Positions 36,195 through 46,477 of a stretch of 59,423 bases of DNA are shown here, in pieces. The notes beneath the pieces are model-generated. The model ran no database searches and was not told the origin of the DNA. It saw nothing but the letters and a program-made list of their open reading frames with translations. The stretch's first letter is position 1. Each line of letters begins with the position of its first letter. Source of the stretch: a virus; IMG/VR virus record IMGVR_UViG_3300000271_000010, positions 72,958 through 132,380 of that record; one strand, 5' to 3'. The translations under genes were made by a program, and so were the position numbers.

Positions 36195-36704
36195 ATGGCA
36201 ATCGTAGTTGAAGATGGAACCGGTTTAGTCACCGCGAATGCCTATGCCAGTGTGGCTGAGGTGGATGAAATCCTATCGGTCAATATCCACTCCCAGTGGA
36301 GTCTCATTCTTGATCCCACGATCAAGGAAAAGCTGATCCAGTGGGCCAGCCGCATCCTTGATGAGCGTGTCAAATGGTTTGGTCACAAGACGTATCCGAC
36401 CAGCGGCCGAGCTTGGCCGCGTGTGAAAGTGAAAGACCGTGAAGGTCTTTTGGTCGAAGATAACATCGTCCCTCTGCCAGTTAAGGTCGCTGTAGCTGAA
36501 CTTGCCGATCACCTCTTGGCGGGTGATCCAGAGACAGCGAACACGGGATCGAACATCACAGCCTTGCAGGTCGATGTGGTCATGATCAAGTTCGATGCGC
36601 GCCTCGATGCCGAGCGCTTCCCTCCGAACCTTGCAAAAATCCTTTACGGCCTAGGGTATATGTCGTTCGGACGCGGCGGACCGAAGCGGATCATCAAGCA
36701 CTAA
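36195..36704 (+). CDS. head-tail adaptor (DnaT-like phage family)
   Basis: MAIVVEDGTG..ANAYASVAE N-terminus and WPR motif. Confidence 0.75.
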   Translation: MAIVVEDGTGLVTANAYASVAEVDEILSVNIHSQWSLILDPTIKEKLIQWASRILDERVKWFGHKTYPTSGRAWPRVKVKDREGLLVEDNIVPLPVKVAVAELADHLLAGDPETANTGSNITALQVDVVMIKFDARLDAERFPPNLAKILYGLGYMSFGRGGPKRIIKH

Positions 36705-36707
36705 GTC

Positions 36708-37091
36708 ATGGCACTCAACGACATTATCAAACAACAGGTGAGCAATGCATTCACCAACATCCTTGGACCGGGCGGACTCACTGAGTCCGTCACGGTTCGT
36801 TATTTTGTGTCTGCTGGTGACTTCGATGTTGAAGAAGATACAGCCGTTCCGGTTTTCAATGACGTTGAAGATGTCTTGGCTGTGGTTGCAAAACCGTCAT
36901 TCGATGATGTCAAGGATCACAAGGTTATCTTCACCGATGCCAAGCTGGTGATCCCCGGTCCTTTCCTACCTTCGGAACCCCAAGCTGATACCGGTAAAGT
37001 TGTCCGAGCAAACGGGGAAGAGTGGGATATTCGCAAGGTCGTAGGTGTTCCCGGCGGCTCCGTCTGGATCGTCTTCATTTATCGGACTTAA
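36708..37091 (+). CDS. head closure / head-tail joining protein
   Basis: size and synteny. Confidence 0.6.
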   Translation: MALNDIIKQQVSNAFTNILGPGGLTESVTVRYFVSAGDFDVEEDTAVPVFNDVEDVLAVVAKPSFDDVKDHKVIFTDAKLVIPGPFLPSEPQADTGKVVRANGEEWDIRKVVGVPGGSVWIVFIYRT

Positions 37092-37093
37092 TC

Positions 37094-37588
37094 ATGGCAG
37101 GGGCTCGTCTTGTCGGCCGACAGGCCGCCTATTCCGCTGCTATGGAATCGATCGAAAAGCTCGAACGAAAGTTCGCTGAGAACATCGACAACCTTGTCCG
37201 GGATATTGACTTCCACATCAAGGCACTGACTCCGGTTAACACTGGTCAAGCCGTTCGAAACTATATCTGGACCCGGAACAATCCAAACTCTGTGGTCTTC
37301 TCGGCGATCAATAATGGCCCGCCCGGACCAACGAACCAAATGGCTCTGGGAACCGAACCACGTCGCGGTGTCAACGAAGACGCTGCTGCTGGAAGTATTG
37401 GTGTGCTTGGGTTGGGAGCTAACCCATTTGGGGTGATCTACCTGACCAACAACTCCCCGGACATTGTGGGCCTCGAAATGGGTATCTTACCCGGTCCTCC
37501 TTTCAAATCACGCTCACCGCGTGGGATGTTCGGAGTTACCGAAGCCTACTTCAACTCTCTGATTGCGGCTCAAGGAATCCTCAAGTGA
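37094..37588 (+). CDS. neck protein (HK97 gp10-like)
   Basis: TPVNTGQAVRNY and IYLTNNSP motifs; ATG 37094. Confidence 0.65.
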   Translation: MAGARLVGRQAAYSAAMESIEKLERKFAENIDNLVRDIDFHIKALTPVNTGQAVRNYIWTRNNPNSVVFSAINNGPPGPTNQMALGTEPRRGVNEDAAAGSIGVLGLGANPFGVIYLTNNSPDIVGLEMGILPGPPFKSRSPRGMFGVTEAYFNSLIAAQGILK

Positions 37589-38025
37589 GCAAAGAAGCAG
37601 AACGCATTTACCTGACGAACAAGATGAAGGCTAGAGCCGGCGAGTTGGGATTCCCGATCTCGTATCCGAATCAACCCTTCGACATCCCCGTCAACGCAAC
37701 CTACGGCGAGTTTCACATCATGTCTGGCCCTCGGCCGATCATCGTGGGCGGCGAAGGGGTCGGCCGGGTGCGGGTGCGTTACGTCGGTATGGTTCAACTT
37801 ACTGTGTTTGTCCCCAAGGAAAAGGGAACCAAGAAAGCTGCGCTTGCTCAGGACATCTTCAAGCAGATTTTCCAGTTCAAGCTAGGCCGGGACGAAGAAC
37901 AATCCAGCTACAAGTTTGGGGTGATACAAGACTACACACCAGAAACGAAAGCAGGCTGGGAATGCTTCGTTGCTAGGGTAACATTCCAGCGAGATACAGT
38001 CGAAGCTGTCCAGATCAGCGAATAA
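37585..38025 (+). CDS. tail terminator protein
   Basis: ISYPNQPF and GMVQLTVFVPKEKG motifs; precedes the tail tube gene. Confidence 0.65.
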   Translation: MSKEAERIYLTNKMKARAGELGFPISYPNQPFDIPVNATYGEFHIMSGPRPIIVGGEGVGRVRVRYVGMVQLTVFVPKEKGTKKAALAQDIFKQIFQFKLGRDEEQSSYKFGVIQDYTPETKAGWECFVARVTFQRDTVEAVQISE

Positions 38026-38177
38026 ATTACTCAGCACCGACATTATGGCTGGGTGAGCGACATTCTTACTTGACACGTTAACCATTTTCGTTTACCATTA
38101 CCGTCTTCATTCCGCCCCTTTGGCTGGGGCTGCGTCCCCACGCATCGCACCACCATAAATGAGAAGGGCATTTCCTA

Positions 38178-39971
38178 ATGGCTAATAAGCTGCTCGCCGA
38201 TAGCAACCGCGCCTCGCTTCGCGAGATCATCGAACTTAACACTCACTGGGGTGAAACCCCGGCGTCGGGTGTTACCCGCGCTCGTCGTTTCCGCACTTCG
38301 TCGATCACGGCCTCGAAGGAGACTGTTGAGTCGGAAGAAATTCGCGACGACCGCATGATCTCTTCGGTCATCGAAACCGCCGCGATGTCGGGCGGCGAGA
38401 TCGCGTGGGAGTTCGCAGCCGGAACGGTTGACCTTGACTTTCAGCGCGCCTTGATGGGCGCATGGTCGCGTCCAATGGATTGGGACGTGTTCCGTGGTAA
38501 GACTGTCTCGATTACCGCAAACAACAACATCCGCATCAGCGGCACCGATGTGTCGGATTACTTCACTGTTGGTCGTCGTCTCAAGCTGAGCGGCTTCGTC
38601 AACCCGGCGAACAACAACTATGTTCAGATCAGCGCTGTCGCATTCACCGGCGGTAACACCGACATCACCATCGCCGCGACCACGCTGGTGGCCGAAGCTG
38701 GCACCGCGAACACCTCGGTGGCTGACGCCAACGACGTTATCATCTTGCGTTCGACCGCAATCCGTTTCGGTAATGCTGCCAACACGATTGACGGAAACGG
38801 CAGCAACCCGTTTGCGGCTGCGATCGCTGCTGGTCAGTTGAAGAGCGGTCAGCGTATCTTCGTCGAAGGTATTGGCTACGAAACCGGCACGATCACGGCT
38901 GACACCGTTGTGGCTGGTGATACCGTCACTCTGTCTGACGGTGTTGATACCGTTACGCTGGAAGCCGATCTCGACTTCGATATTGGAGCGGACGACACCG
39001 AAACTGCGGCTGCGCTTGCAGCGGCGATCAACGCTCTCCGCCCGTCTGGCACGATCTCGCTTTCGGCAAGCTCGGCTCTGGGCGTCGTAACTGTCACCAA
39101 CCTCCGCAAGGAAGGTGGTGTCCTGACCGAAGATGCCGCAACTCTGGCTGTCGTGAACTTCACCGGCGGCGACGCTACGTCGGGTGGTTTCTACACCATC
39201 TTCTCGCTGACCGACGACATCATTGTTGTGGATCGGGAAGTCCCGGTTCTTGCAGCCGGCACAGCGATCACCATCAAGGGCTCGATGCTGCGTAATCCGG
39301 GCACCAGCGCGGAGATCACTCCGCAGTCGGCAACCGTCGAAACTGGCTTCCAAGACGTGAGCCAGTATTTCACTGTTGATGGTCTGCGTTGCGGCGGTGT
39401 CGAAATGGAAGTTGCAGCAGGCTCGATCGTTACTGGTCAGTCCACTTACATGGGTCGTGAAACCAAGCGCGCCTCTGTCGAGAAGCTGAACGGCGTGAGC
39501 TACACCGCTCTCGAAGCCCCGGCAACGGAAGTCGTTTCGGCAACTGCCAACGTCGGCTCGCTCAGCGTCAATGGCATCGAGCAGGCAACTGCGATCTCAT
39601 CGATCCAGTTCTCGATCGAAGGCAACCTGCGTAACCAGCAGGCGGTTGGTTCCAAGTTCCCGGTCGGCATTGCTGCTGGTCGTCTTAACCTTACCGGAAC
39701 GATCGAAGCCTACTTCGCCGACGGCGAAATGTATGATCGCTTCATCGAACACCAGACGGTCAGCCTCGCTTTCCCGATCATCGATCAGGACAAGAACACC
39801 TACTACTTCACCATCCCGGCATTCAAGGTCACCAGCGATCCGATCGCACCGGGCGGCCTCGATCAGGATGTTATGGAGTCGCTGGAGTTCAGTGCCTTCC
39901 GTGACGCGGCGACGGCCTGCATGATGCAGATCGACCGCTTCTCGTCCACTGCTCCGATTACTGCGTTGTAA
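38178..39971 (+). CDS. major tail tube protein with internal accessory domains
   Basis: WGETP..SEEIRDDR..GGEIAWE N-terminus and GRLNLTGTIEAYF C-terminal tube motifs; 597 aa implies inserted domains. Confidence 0.85.
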   Translation: MANKLLADSNRASLREIIELNTHWGETPASGVTRARRFRTSSITASKETVESEEIRDDRMISSVIETAAMSGGEIAWEFAAGTVDLDFQRALMGAWSRPMDWDVFRGKTVSITANNNIRISGTDVSDYFTVGRRLKLSGFVNPANNNYVQISAVAFTGGNTDITIAATTLVAEAGTANTSVADANDVIILRSTAIRFGNAANTIDGNGSNPFAAAIAAGQLKSGQRIFVEGIGYETGTITADTVVAGDTVTLSDGVDTVTLEADLDFDIGADDTETAAALAAAINALRPSGTISLSASSALGVVTVTNLRKEGGVLTEDAATLAVVNFTGGDATSGGFYTIFSLTDDIIVVDREVPVLAAGTAITIKGSMLRNPGTSAEITPQSATVETGFQDVSQYFTVDGLRCGGVEMEVAAGSIVTGQSTYMGRETKRASVEKLNGVSYTALEAPATEVVSATANVGSLSVNGIEQATAISSIQFSIEGNLRNQQAVGSKFPVGIAAGRLNLTGTIEAYFADGEMYDRFIEHQTVSLAFPIIDQDKNTYYFTIPAFKVTSDPIAPGGLDQDVMESLEFSAFRDAATACMMQIDRFSSTAPITAL

Positions 39972-40207
39972 TCGTGAGCCCCGGCGGGTTCCCCCGACCC
40001 GCCGGCGCGATTTGAGGCAAGGGCTTCGGCCCTTGTCCTTCGCCACCCCGGTTAGCCGATAATAGCCTATTCTGACTGCTAAGCGCTCAGAAACAGGTGG
40101 GTGGAGTAACCAGTTCCCCGACAACGAATTTCGCTGGCGAATAGGGGTGCGGCCTTGTCGGGAGGCCGCATCCCACCCCTCCCGATAACCCGACAAGGAT
40201 TTACCCG

Positions 40208-40609
40208 ATGAATCTCTACGAAGCTTTTGAAACCAACCTCGACGATACCGCCAAGGAGTTCCCGCTCTCGGATACGGCATCGATCACTCTGCTGCCTGTG
40301 GCTGGCGAGAAGTCGCGCCGCGCGTTCGAGCGCATGATGGAGCCCTACAGTGTCCGCCTCAACGCGGGCGGCAAGCTCACCGACGAAGAGAACAAGACGC
40401 TGAACGTCCGGTTCTATGCTGAGAACATCGTCAAGGGCTGGAAGGGTATCAAGGATCGCGAGAACAACGAGATCGAGTTCAGCGTCGAGAACGCCAAGGC
40501 TCTCTTCTCGGACGAGAAGCTGGCTGGTTTCTTCGCCCTGATCATCCGCATGGCAACCAACGATGCGTCGTTCGAAGCCGCCAAGGCCGAAGCTGACGCG
40601 GGAAACTAA
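40208..40609 (+). CDS. tail assembly chaperone (gpG-like)
   Basis: between tube and tape measure genes; ends in slippery G GGA AAC TAA. Confidence 0.8.
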   Translation: MNLYEAFETNLDDTAKEFPLSDTASITLLPVAGEKSRRAFERMMEPYSVRLNAGGKLTDEENKTLNVRFYAENIVKGWKGIKDRENNEIEFSVENAKALFSDEKLAGFFALIIRMATNDASFEAAKAEADAGN

Positions 40610-41037
40610 TAGCCTACCTCAACTGGACGCAGCGTCCGACCGCTAAAAAGGCGGACTGGCTGCGCCAGATTGAGGCGGAAAAAGGCATTAAGACCAAGAC
40701 GCTGGCTGATGAGCCAACGTTATCTCCCCATCTATATTGGATTTGGAAAGCCTTCACTGATCTCAACGCCCGGCGACCGGTCGCTGGGATGGGAGGCTTT
40801 CTTCCTTTCTCCTACACCGAGATCGAAGCGTATTGCCGGCTCAAGGGAATCTATTCTCCCGGCGAACGCGAACGTCTCTTACGGCTTCTCGAAATCCTCG
40901 ATCAAGAATGGATCAAGGCTTACGTTGAGCGCGAAGAAAAGAAGAATCCATCTTCTAAAGGGAAGGCACCGCCACCCTCACATTCCCCACCCCGTGGTGG
41001 AGGACGTAAAGCACCCCCTCGAAAACAGGTAGAGTAG
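40600..41037 (+). CDS. -1 frameshift extension of the tail chaperone (gpGT-like)
   Basis: GGGAAAC at 40600-40606; the -1 frame is open to 41037 and includes track ORF 40789..41037. Confidence 0.8.
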   Translation, partial: GKLIAYLNWTQRPTAKKADWLRQIEAEKGIKTKTLADEPTLSPHLYWIWKAFTDLNARRPVAGMGGFLPFSYTEIEAYCRLKGIYSPGERERLLRLLEILDQEWIKAYVEREEKKNPSSKGKAPPPSHSPPRGGGRKAPPRKQVE

Positions 41038-41040
41038 CCA

Positions 41041-44000
41041 ATGGATACCCATGGCATGAAGTTTGTCGTTGACACGTCTGGAGTCGCGAAAGGTTTTCGC
41101 GACTACAAGGCGGCTGTTGACGGCATCTTCGCGTCTCTGACCAAGTTCGAAGCTCACGTCGATAAGACGATGAAGGGGGTTGCCAAGGCTTCGGCAAACC
41201 CACAAGCACTCAACGCGTTCAAGAAGGCCGTCAGTGCCTTCGCGAAGGTGGACATCGACACGTCGGCAGCCCGCAAGCTGTCGGCGTTGTCGGCCGCCAT
41301 GCAGGGCTTCAAGGCTCCGTCGGCTGCCCAGACCAGCAACACCAAGCGTTTCTTCAACGTCCTCGGTAGCAGCCTACCAGACCTTGGAAATGCCTATCGC
41401 TCGATCAAGGCCCTCAATGATTTGAAGGCCGCAATGGCGGGCTTCCGCGCTCCCCCGGCTTCGGCGGCAAAGAACCTGACCGCGCTTGCTGCCGCACTCC
41501 GGACAGCAGCGCCGGCATTCGCAAGTCTGCGTAACGTCTCAGGACTCTCACGGGTCTCCGGAGAACTCAACACCCTCGCAGCAGCTTTCAAGAATCTCAA
41601 GGTTCCGTCCGCGAGTCAGGTTTCCAATCTCGGTAACTTTGCACTTGCATTCCGGTCCTTCAACTTCTCCAACCTTCAAGGTTCGGGGAACTTTTATGCT
41701 GCTCTGGGTGCGATAAGCAACTTCCGTGGTCCTTCCCCGGCTCAAATCCGAAACCTCCAAAACTTCGTCACGGCCGTTGCAGGTATGCGCGTCCCGCCGA
41801 ACGCCGCTGCTGTAGCCGCCGCCCTGCGTCAGATCGCAGAGGCGGCCCAACGTGCTGGTGGCGCTCTGGGTGGTCTGAGAGGTAACATTGGTAATCTAGG
41901 AGGCTCACTGGGCAACCTTGGCAACCAAGCGCGTGGCGCTTCGCTCCAGATGATGGGGCTCCAGAACGCGTTCTCTGGAACCTTCCAAGTCGCGTCCGTG
42001 CTGCGTTCGCTTCTGGGATCGCTGACCATTGCCGAAGTTGGTCGGAACTTCTTCGAAGCCACTAACGCGGCCCTCCAGTTCAAAGCACAGATGGCTGTTC
42101 TGAACAAGGACCTTGAGTTCTCTGACATTCAGCTTACCTACGTCCGGAATACAGCCAACGCGTTCGGCACCGACATGCTGGCGGCTGCTGCTGGTTTCGC
42201 AAAGCTCAGCATCGCGGCCGAGAAGTCCAACATCAGCGTTGCTGAGACGCGGCACATCTTCGAAGGTATGTCCACCGCAATGACGGTTTTGGGCACGACA
42301 ACTGCCGGACAGCAGGACGTGTGGTTGGCACTGCAACAGGTCATGAACAAGGGCTACCTCTCGGCCGAAGAACTCAACCAGCAGCTTAACGAAAAGCTGC
42401 CGGGCGCGATGGCCTATGCCACCGAGTATGCTGAAAGCCTTGGTCTGTCTCTCGAAAAGGGTTTGAAGACGAAGGCGCTGGATGCTGCTGGTGTTCTGGA
42501 ACACATCTCTAAGCGCATGAAGGAAGACTTCGGCCCGTCCGTTGAGGCGGCGCTTATGCGTCCGCAAGCGCAGATGAACATCCTGCGGAACAACTTCGAT
42601 GCCTTGTTCATCGCCATCGGTGAAAATGGCGGCAATGAGGCTTTTGCAAGCCTGCTTGCTAAGATCAACGAACGGATGAAGCCGGAAGACATCGAGCGGT
42701 ATGCACGCGCGATCGGTGAAGGATTGAAGAATGCTGTAGATAGTCTTTCGGCAGCTTTTGACTGGCTTTACCAGAACTGGGATTCGATCAAGGGACCTCT
42801 CTCAACTACGCTTGAATTGATGGGTAAGTGGATGATTATTTCCAGCGCCCTTCAAATCGGACGGTTCCTCGTGTCGCCCCTTCTGGCTCTGGCGGGCACA
42901 GTAGGTGCTATCAGCAGCGTAAGTGCTGCCCTCAATGTCCTGACTGCTAGTAGCTTAGGTGCCGCCGCCGCCGGGATGGCCGGCTTGACAGGCCGTGCAT
43001 TGGCTTCCGCAACTGCAATGATTGTGTTCCGCAACGCAGTGGCTACTAGCATCGCAGCAACGCGCGCTGCGGCTGCGTCTAACGGGCTTCTGGCAGCTAG
43101 TCTTGTCGGTCTCCGAACTGGGGCTATCGCAGCCGCAGCCGGATTCCGCGCCCTTATTGCTATGCTCGGGGGACCTGTCATCGTAACCCTCGCTGCGGCT
43201 GCTTTTGCAGCTTACCAGTGGTATGACACAATCTCTGACGGTAATGCCGTCATCGCAGGGAACAACAAGTTCCTTGAGGAGAGTGCTGATAAGATCGATA
43301 TTGTCCGAAAGGGTATTGTCGGACAGACCATCGCACAGCAGGCTAACACCACATCGACCGGTATTGCAAACGGGATTTTGCAAATGGGCCAGGTGGCGAT
43401 GGATGCCTATACTGAAAAAATGAACAAGGCCACTAATGGTCTATACAGTATGGCGGTGCAGGCTAAGGAAACTGCTAGAAATCTTCTTATGGTCCAAGAG
43501 GCCCAGATCGGCGCTCGGATTCAAGCAACACGCGCATCGTCGGCCCAACAGTGGTTCAACGAAGGTGGAGCGATGCTTGATCAGGGGAAAATTCTCCCCG
43601 GTATGTTCCAGAAACTTCGCGGCGGAGGCCAGTGGTTCGCTCAGACAGTGGGTCTGGCGGCTGATGATGCTACTGTAAATAAAGACTTGGCTACCCTGAG
43701 TCAGCAGTTGAAGCGTGCTAGGGCTCTGCGAGAAGAAGTCGATGCTGTTAACCCATTAGCTGTTGCAGAAACCATGGCAGGTCGTGGTTATGCTGGTGGG
43801 GGTAGACCCGACAAACCGGCTTCGGCGACCGAAGCGGCCGGAGGCGGGAGCAGTGCTACGAGCAAAGCTGCTCGCGATGCTGCACGTCTCAAGAACTCTG
43901 TAGACCAGATCATGGGAACCTTGATGGAGAACGACCCGATCGGGAAGCTCTATCAGGATTTTGTGGATACGCTGGATGAGCAGGCCAAGGTTCTGCTCAA

Positions 44001-45813
44001 CAACAAGGGCTACGAGGAGTTCGTAACCAATGTCAAGGCTCAGAACAAAGATGGCGTAGTTTCGGTCCAGTCTCTGATTTCGGTTATGCAGAAGAGCGGA
44101 ACCACGTCGGCCGATGCTCTGGCTCTGATCGAAAACAAGTATGGTAAGACCAGCGACCAAATTGTCAGCCTGCTGAACGAACAACAGGCAGCCTTGGAGG
44201 AAGCTTATACCGATGCGGCTCTCAAAGAACTCGATAAGTCGTTCCGTTCTTTGGCGCGTGGTATTTCCTTGGTGGGTGATACTATCCCGACCGTTGCTGA
44301 GTTTGGTGCCAACCTTAAAACAATTGAAGGTCTGGCTCGTTTTGTCATGCCTAGCGATGAAGGCTTTGTCGCGTTCTTAACTGAACTGCGTTCTGGTGCT
44401 ATCACAGCAGCCCAAGCCCTAGAAAAATTACGGGTCCTTATGGCTGACCCAAGCAAGCGTTCGGCTACGGCAAACCAATTCTTTGCCAATCCTGAAAATA
44501 CCGCGACACCGGGGGACTTGGCAGATGCGGCTGCTCGCGACCTGCGGGTAAATGCTGACAAGACACGCGAAGCTGAACTGGATTTCCAGTTTGGTGAGCG
44601 CATGATCACCCAGCGCAATGACGAACTGACGCTCCTGAAAATGACTTCTCAGGAAGCAGCAATCTATGGCTCTGTCATGGAAGAGGTTAACCGTGTCCGT
44701 GCTGCTGGTAACCCAGCCTCACAGGAAGAGATCGAACTGCTGCTTCAAAAAGTGCGAGCGCAGCAAGAGCTTGGTAACCAGTTGCAGAGAAACCGCGAGT
44801 TCTTCGAGAACAACGGTGTTCGTAGCTACATCAACGACATCAAGAGCGTTGGCGAGTCCATCAACGAATTGGATAAGAATGTCCTCCAGTCTCTGGAAGA
44901 TCAATTGTTCAGCCTCGGCACCACCGGAACGTTCAGCTTCAAGGCGATCTTCGATACCCTCCAGCAGGGATTGATCCGATTCGCTTCTCAGAATCTTCTC
45001 AAGGAAGGTCTGGGTAAGCTGTTCTCGGCCGATGAGATGGAAGGTGGGCAGCCCAGCCTTCTGGGCGGTCTGTTCAAGGCCATGGGCTTTGACTACGCGG
45101 CAGGTAATACCGACCCCTTAGGTTCTAAGGGCAAGCCGATGCATGTCATCATCGACTCGATGACTGGGAATCTGATCAAAGCGCCCGGCGAAGTTATTGT
45201 CGAAGGTGGTAGCCCGGAAGAGGTTGTTACCAACGCGGTCAACGGGTTGATCACCGGAACCAACACTGTGGGCGATATCATTCGCGACCAGTGGGGTAAC
45301 GAGGTCAAAGGTATTGGAGGCATTCTCGGCCAAATCGCTGGCAGCCTGTCGGGTGGCGGGGGCGGTGGTGCTGGTGGCTTGTTCGGTAGCCTTCTCAAGA
45401 TTGGTATGTCCTTCATTCCGGGCGCGGGCCCGCTGGCTTCTCTGGCCGGCAGCGCAGCAGAGACGATCTCCGCAAATCCGGGCCTCTTCAAAGAAGGTGG
45501 ATTCCCCGGCTCGCCGGTGGCGCGTGCTTCGGTGCATCCGTCGGCATTCACCAACGCTCCGCACTATGCGGAAGGGACGCCGAACACCAGTGGTGGTCAC
45601 CCAGCCATTCTGCATGATAACGAAGCGGTGATCCCGCTCAGCCGTGGCCGTAAGGTCGCTGTTGAGATGAACGGGGGAAGCCGTGGTCAGGTGATCAACA
45701 ACAACTTTGTTGTCAACACACCTGATGCGAACTCCTTCCGCAAGAGCGAAAGCCAGATCGCGACCAAGATGCATATGCAGGCAGGTCGCGCTTACCGCCG
45801 TAACCACGGCTAA
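41041..45813 (+). CDS. tape measure protein
   Basis: 1590 aa, Ala/Gly-rich helical; ALQQVMNKGYLSAEELNQQLNEKLPGA tape-measure domain; C-terminal PAILHDNEAVIP. Confidence 0.95.
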   Translation: MDTHGMKFVVDTSGVAKGFRDYKAAVDGIFASLTKFEAHVDKTMKGVAKASANPQALNAFKKAVSAFAKVDIDTSAARKLSALSAAMQGFKAPSAAQTSNTKRFFNVLGSSLPDLGNAYRSIKALNDLKAAMAGFRAPPASAAKNLTALAAALRTAAPAFASLRNVSGLSRVSGELNTLAAAFKNLKVPSASQVSNLGNFALAFRSFNFSNLQGSGNFYAALGAISNFRGPSPAQIRNLQNFVTAVAGMRVPPNAAAVAAALRQIAEAAQRAGGALGGLRGNIGNLGGSLGNLGNQARGASLQMMGLQNAFSGTFQVASVLRSLLGSLTIAEVGRNFFEATNAALQFKAQMAVLNKDLEFSDIQLTYVRNTANAFGTDMLAAAAGFAKLSIAAEKSNISVAETRHIFEGMSTAMTVLGTTTAGQQDVWLALQQVMNKGYLSAEELNQQLNEKLPGAMAYATEYAESLGLSLEKGLKTKALDAAGVLEHISKRMKEDFGPSVEAALMRPQAQMNILRNNFDALFIAIGENGGNEAFASLLAKINERMKPEDIERYARAIGEGLKNAVDSLSAAFDWLYQNWDSIKGPLSTTLELMGKWMIISSALQIGRFLVSPLLALAGTVGAISSVSAALNVLTASSLGAAAAGMAGLTGRALASATAMIVFRNAVATSIAATRAAAASNGLLAASLVGLRTGAIAAAAGFRALIAMLGGPVIVTLAAAAFAAYQWYDTISDGNAVIAGNNKFLEESADKIDIVRKGIVGQTIAQQANTTSTGIANGILQMGQVAMDAYTEKMNKATNGLYSMAVQAKETARNLLMVQEAQIGARIQATRASSAQQWFNEGGAMLDQGKILPGMFQKLRGGGQWFAQTVGLAADDATVNKDLATLSQQLKRARALREEVDAVNPLAVAETMAGRGYAGGGRPDKPASATEAAGGGSSATSKAARDAARLKNSVDQIMGTLMENDPIGKLYQDFVDTLDEQAKVLLNNKGYEEFVTNVKAQNKDGVVSVQSLISVMQKSGTTSADALALIENKYGKTSDQIVSLLNEQQAALEEAYTDAALKELDKSFRSLARGISLVGDTIPTVAEFGANLKTIEGLARFVMPSDEGFVAFLTELRSGAITAAQALEKLRVLMADPSKRSATANQFFANPENTATPGDLADAAARDLRVNADKTREAELDFQFGERMITQRNDELTLLKMTSQEAAIYGSVMEEVNRVRAAGNPASQEEIELLLQKVRAQQELGNQLQRNREFFENNGVRSYINDIKSVGESINELDKNVLQSLEDQLFSLGTTGTFSFKAIFDTLQQGLIRFASQNLLKEGLGKLFSADEMEGGQPSLLGGLFKAMGFDYAAGNTDPLGSKGKPMHVIIDSMTGNLIKAPGEVIVEGGSPEEVVTNAVNGLITGTNTVGDIIRDQWGNEVKGIGGILGQIAGSLSGGGGGGAGGLFGSLLKIGMSFIPGAGPLASLAGSAAETISANPGLFKEGGFPGSPVARASVHPSAFTNAPHYAEGTPNTSGGHPAILHDNEAVIPLSRGRKVAVEMNGGSRGQVINNNFVVNTPDANSFRKSESQIATKMHMQAGRAYRRNHG

Positions 45814-45871
45814 TTTTTCCTTGACACTCACCGCTATTTTGAATAGACGGTGAGTGTCAAAAGGATTCCCT

Positions 45872-46474
45872 ATGGAAATTGCAAACTTTCACGATGTCCG
45901 CTTCCCGGAGGACATTAGCTATGGCTCGTCCGGTGGTCCGGGCTTTAACACCAGCGTCATCGATCTAGCCTCGGGACACGAGCAACGCAACATCAACTGG
46001 TCGCTCGCTCGCGCCAAATATGACGCCTCTTACGGAGTCAAAACTCGTGAGCAAATGGAAGAAGTGCTTGACTTCTTCTATGCCCGGCGAGGAAAAGCCT
46101 ATGGCTTCCGATTCAAAGACTGGATGGATTTCACACTAGAGCGCCAATCCATCGGTGTGGCTGTTGATACCAACATCTTGCAAGTTTCCAAGCGCTATGA
46201 ACCGCTGACCAGCTATTTTTACGATCGCCCGATCCTTAAGATCGTCCCCGGCTCGGTCCAAGTCTGGACCAATGGTGTCGAGCGCTCCCCTCTGCTGGTC
46301 AACACCGGAACCGGTATTGTCAACACCACCGGCTACGTCGGTCAGACGATCGAAGTGGCTTGCGAGTTTGATGTTCCTGTCCGGTTTGACACAGACAACA
46401 TCGATATCACCCACGACGACTGGGAACTCATGTCGTGGCCTTCCATCCCTCTGATCGAACTGCGCCCCCGGTAA
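45872..46474 (+). CDS. GTA-like distal tail protein (DUF2460)
   Basis: FHDVRFPEDISYGSSGGP, SGHEQRN, FFYARRGKAYGFRFKDW and FDVPVRFDTD. Confidence 0.9.
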   Translation: MEIANFHDVRFPEDISYGSSGGPGFNTSVIDLASGHEQRNINWSLARAKYDASYGVKTREQMEEVLDFFYARRGKAYGFRFKDWMDFTLERQSIGVAVDTNILQVSKRYEPLTSYFYDRPILKIVPGSVQVWTNGVERSPLLVNTGTGIVNTTGYVGQTIEVACEFDVPVRFDTDNIDITHDDWELMSWPSIPLIELRPR

Positions 46475-46477
46475 GCT

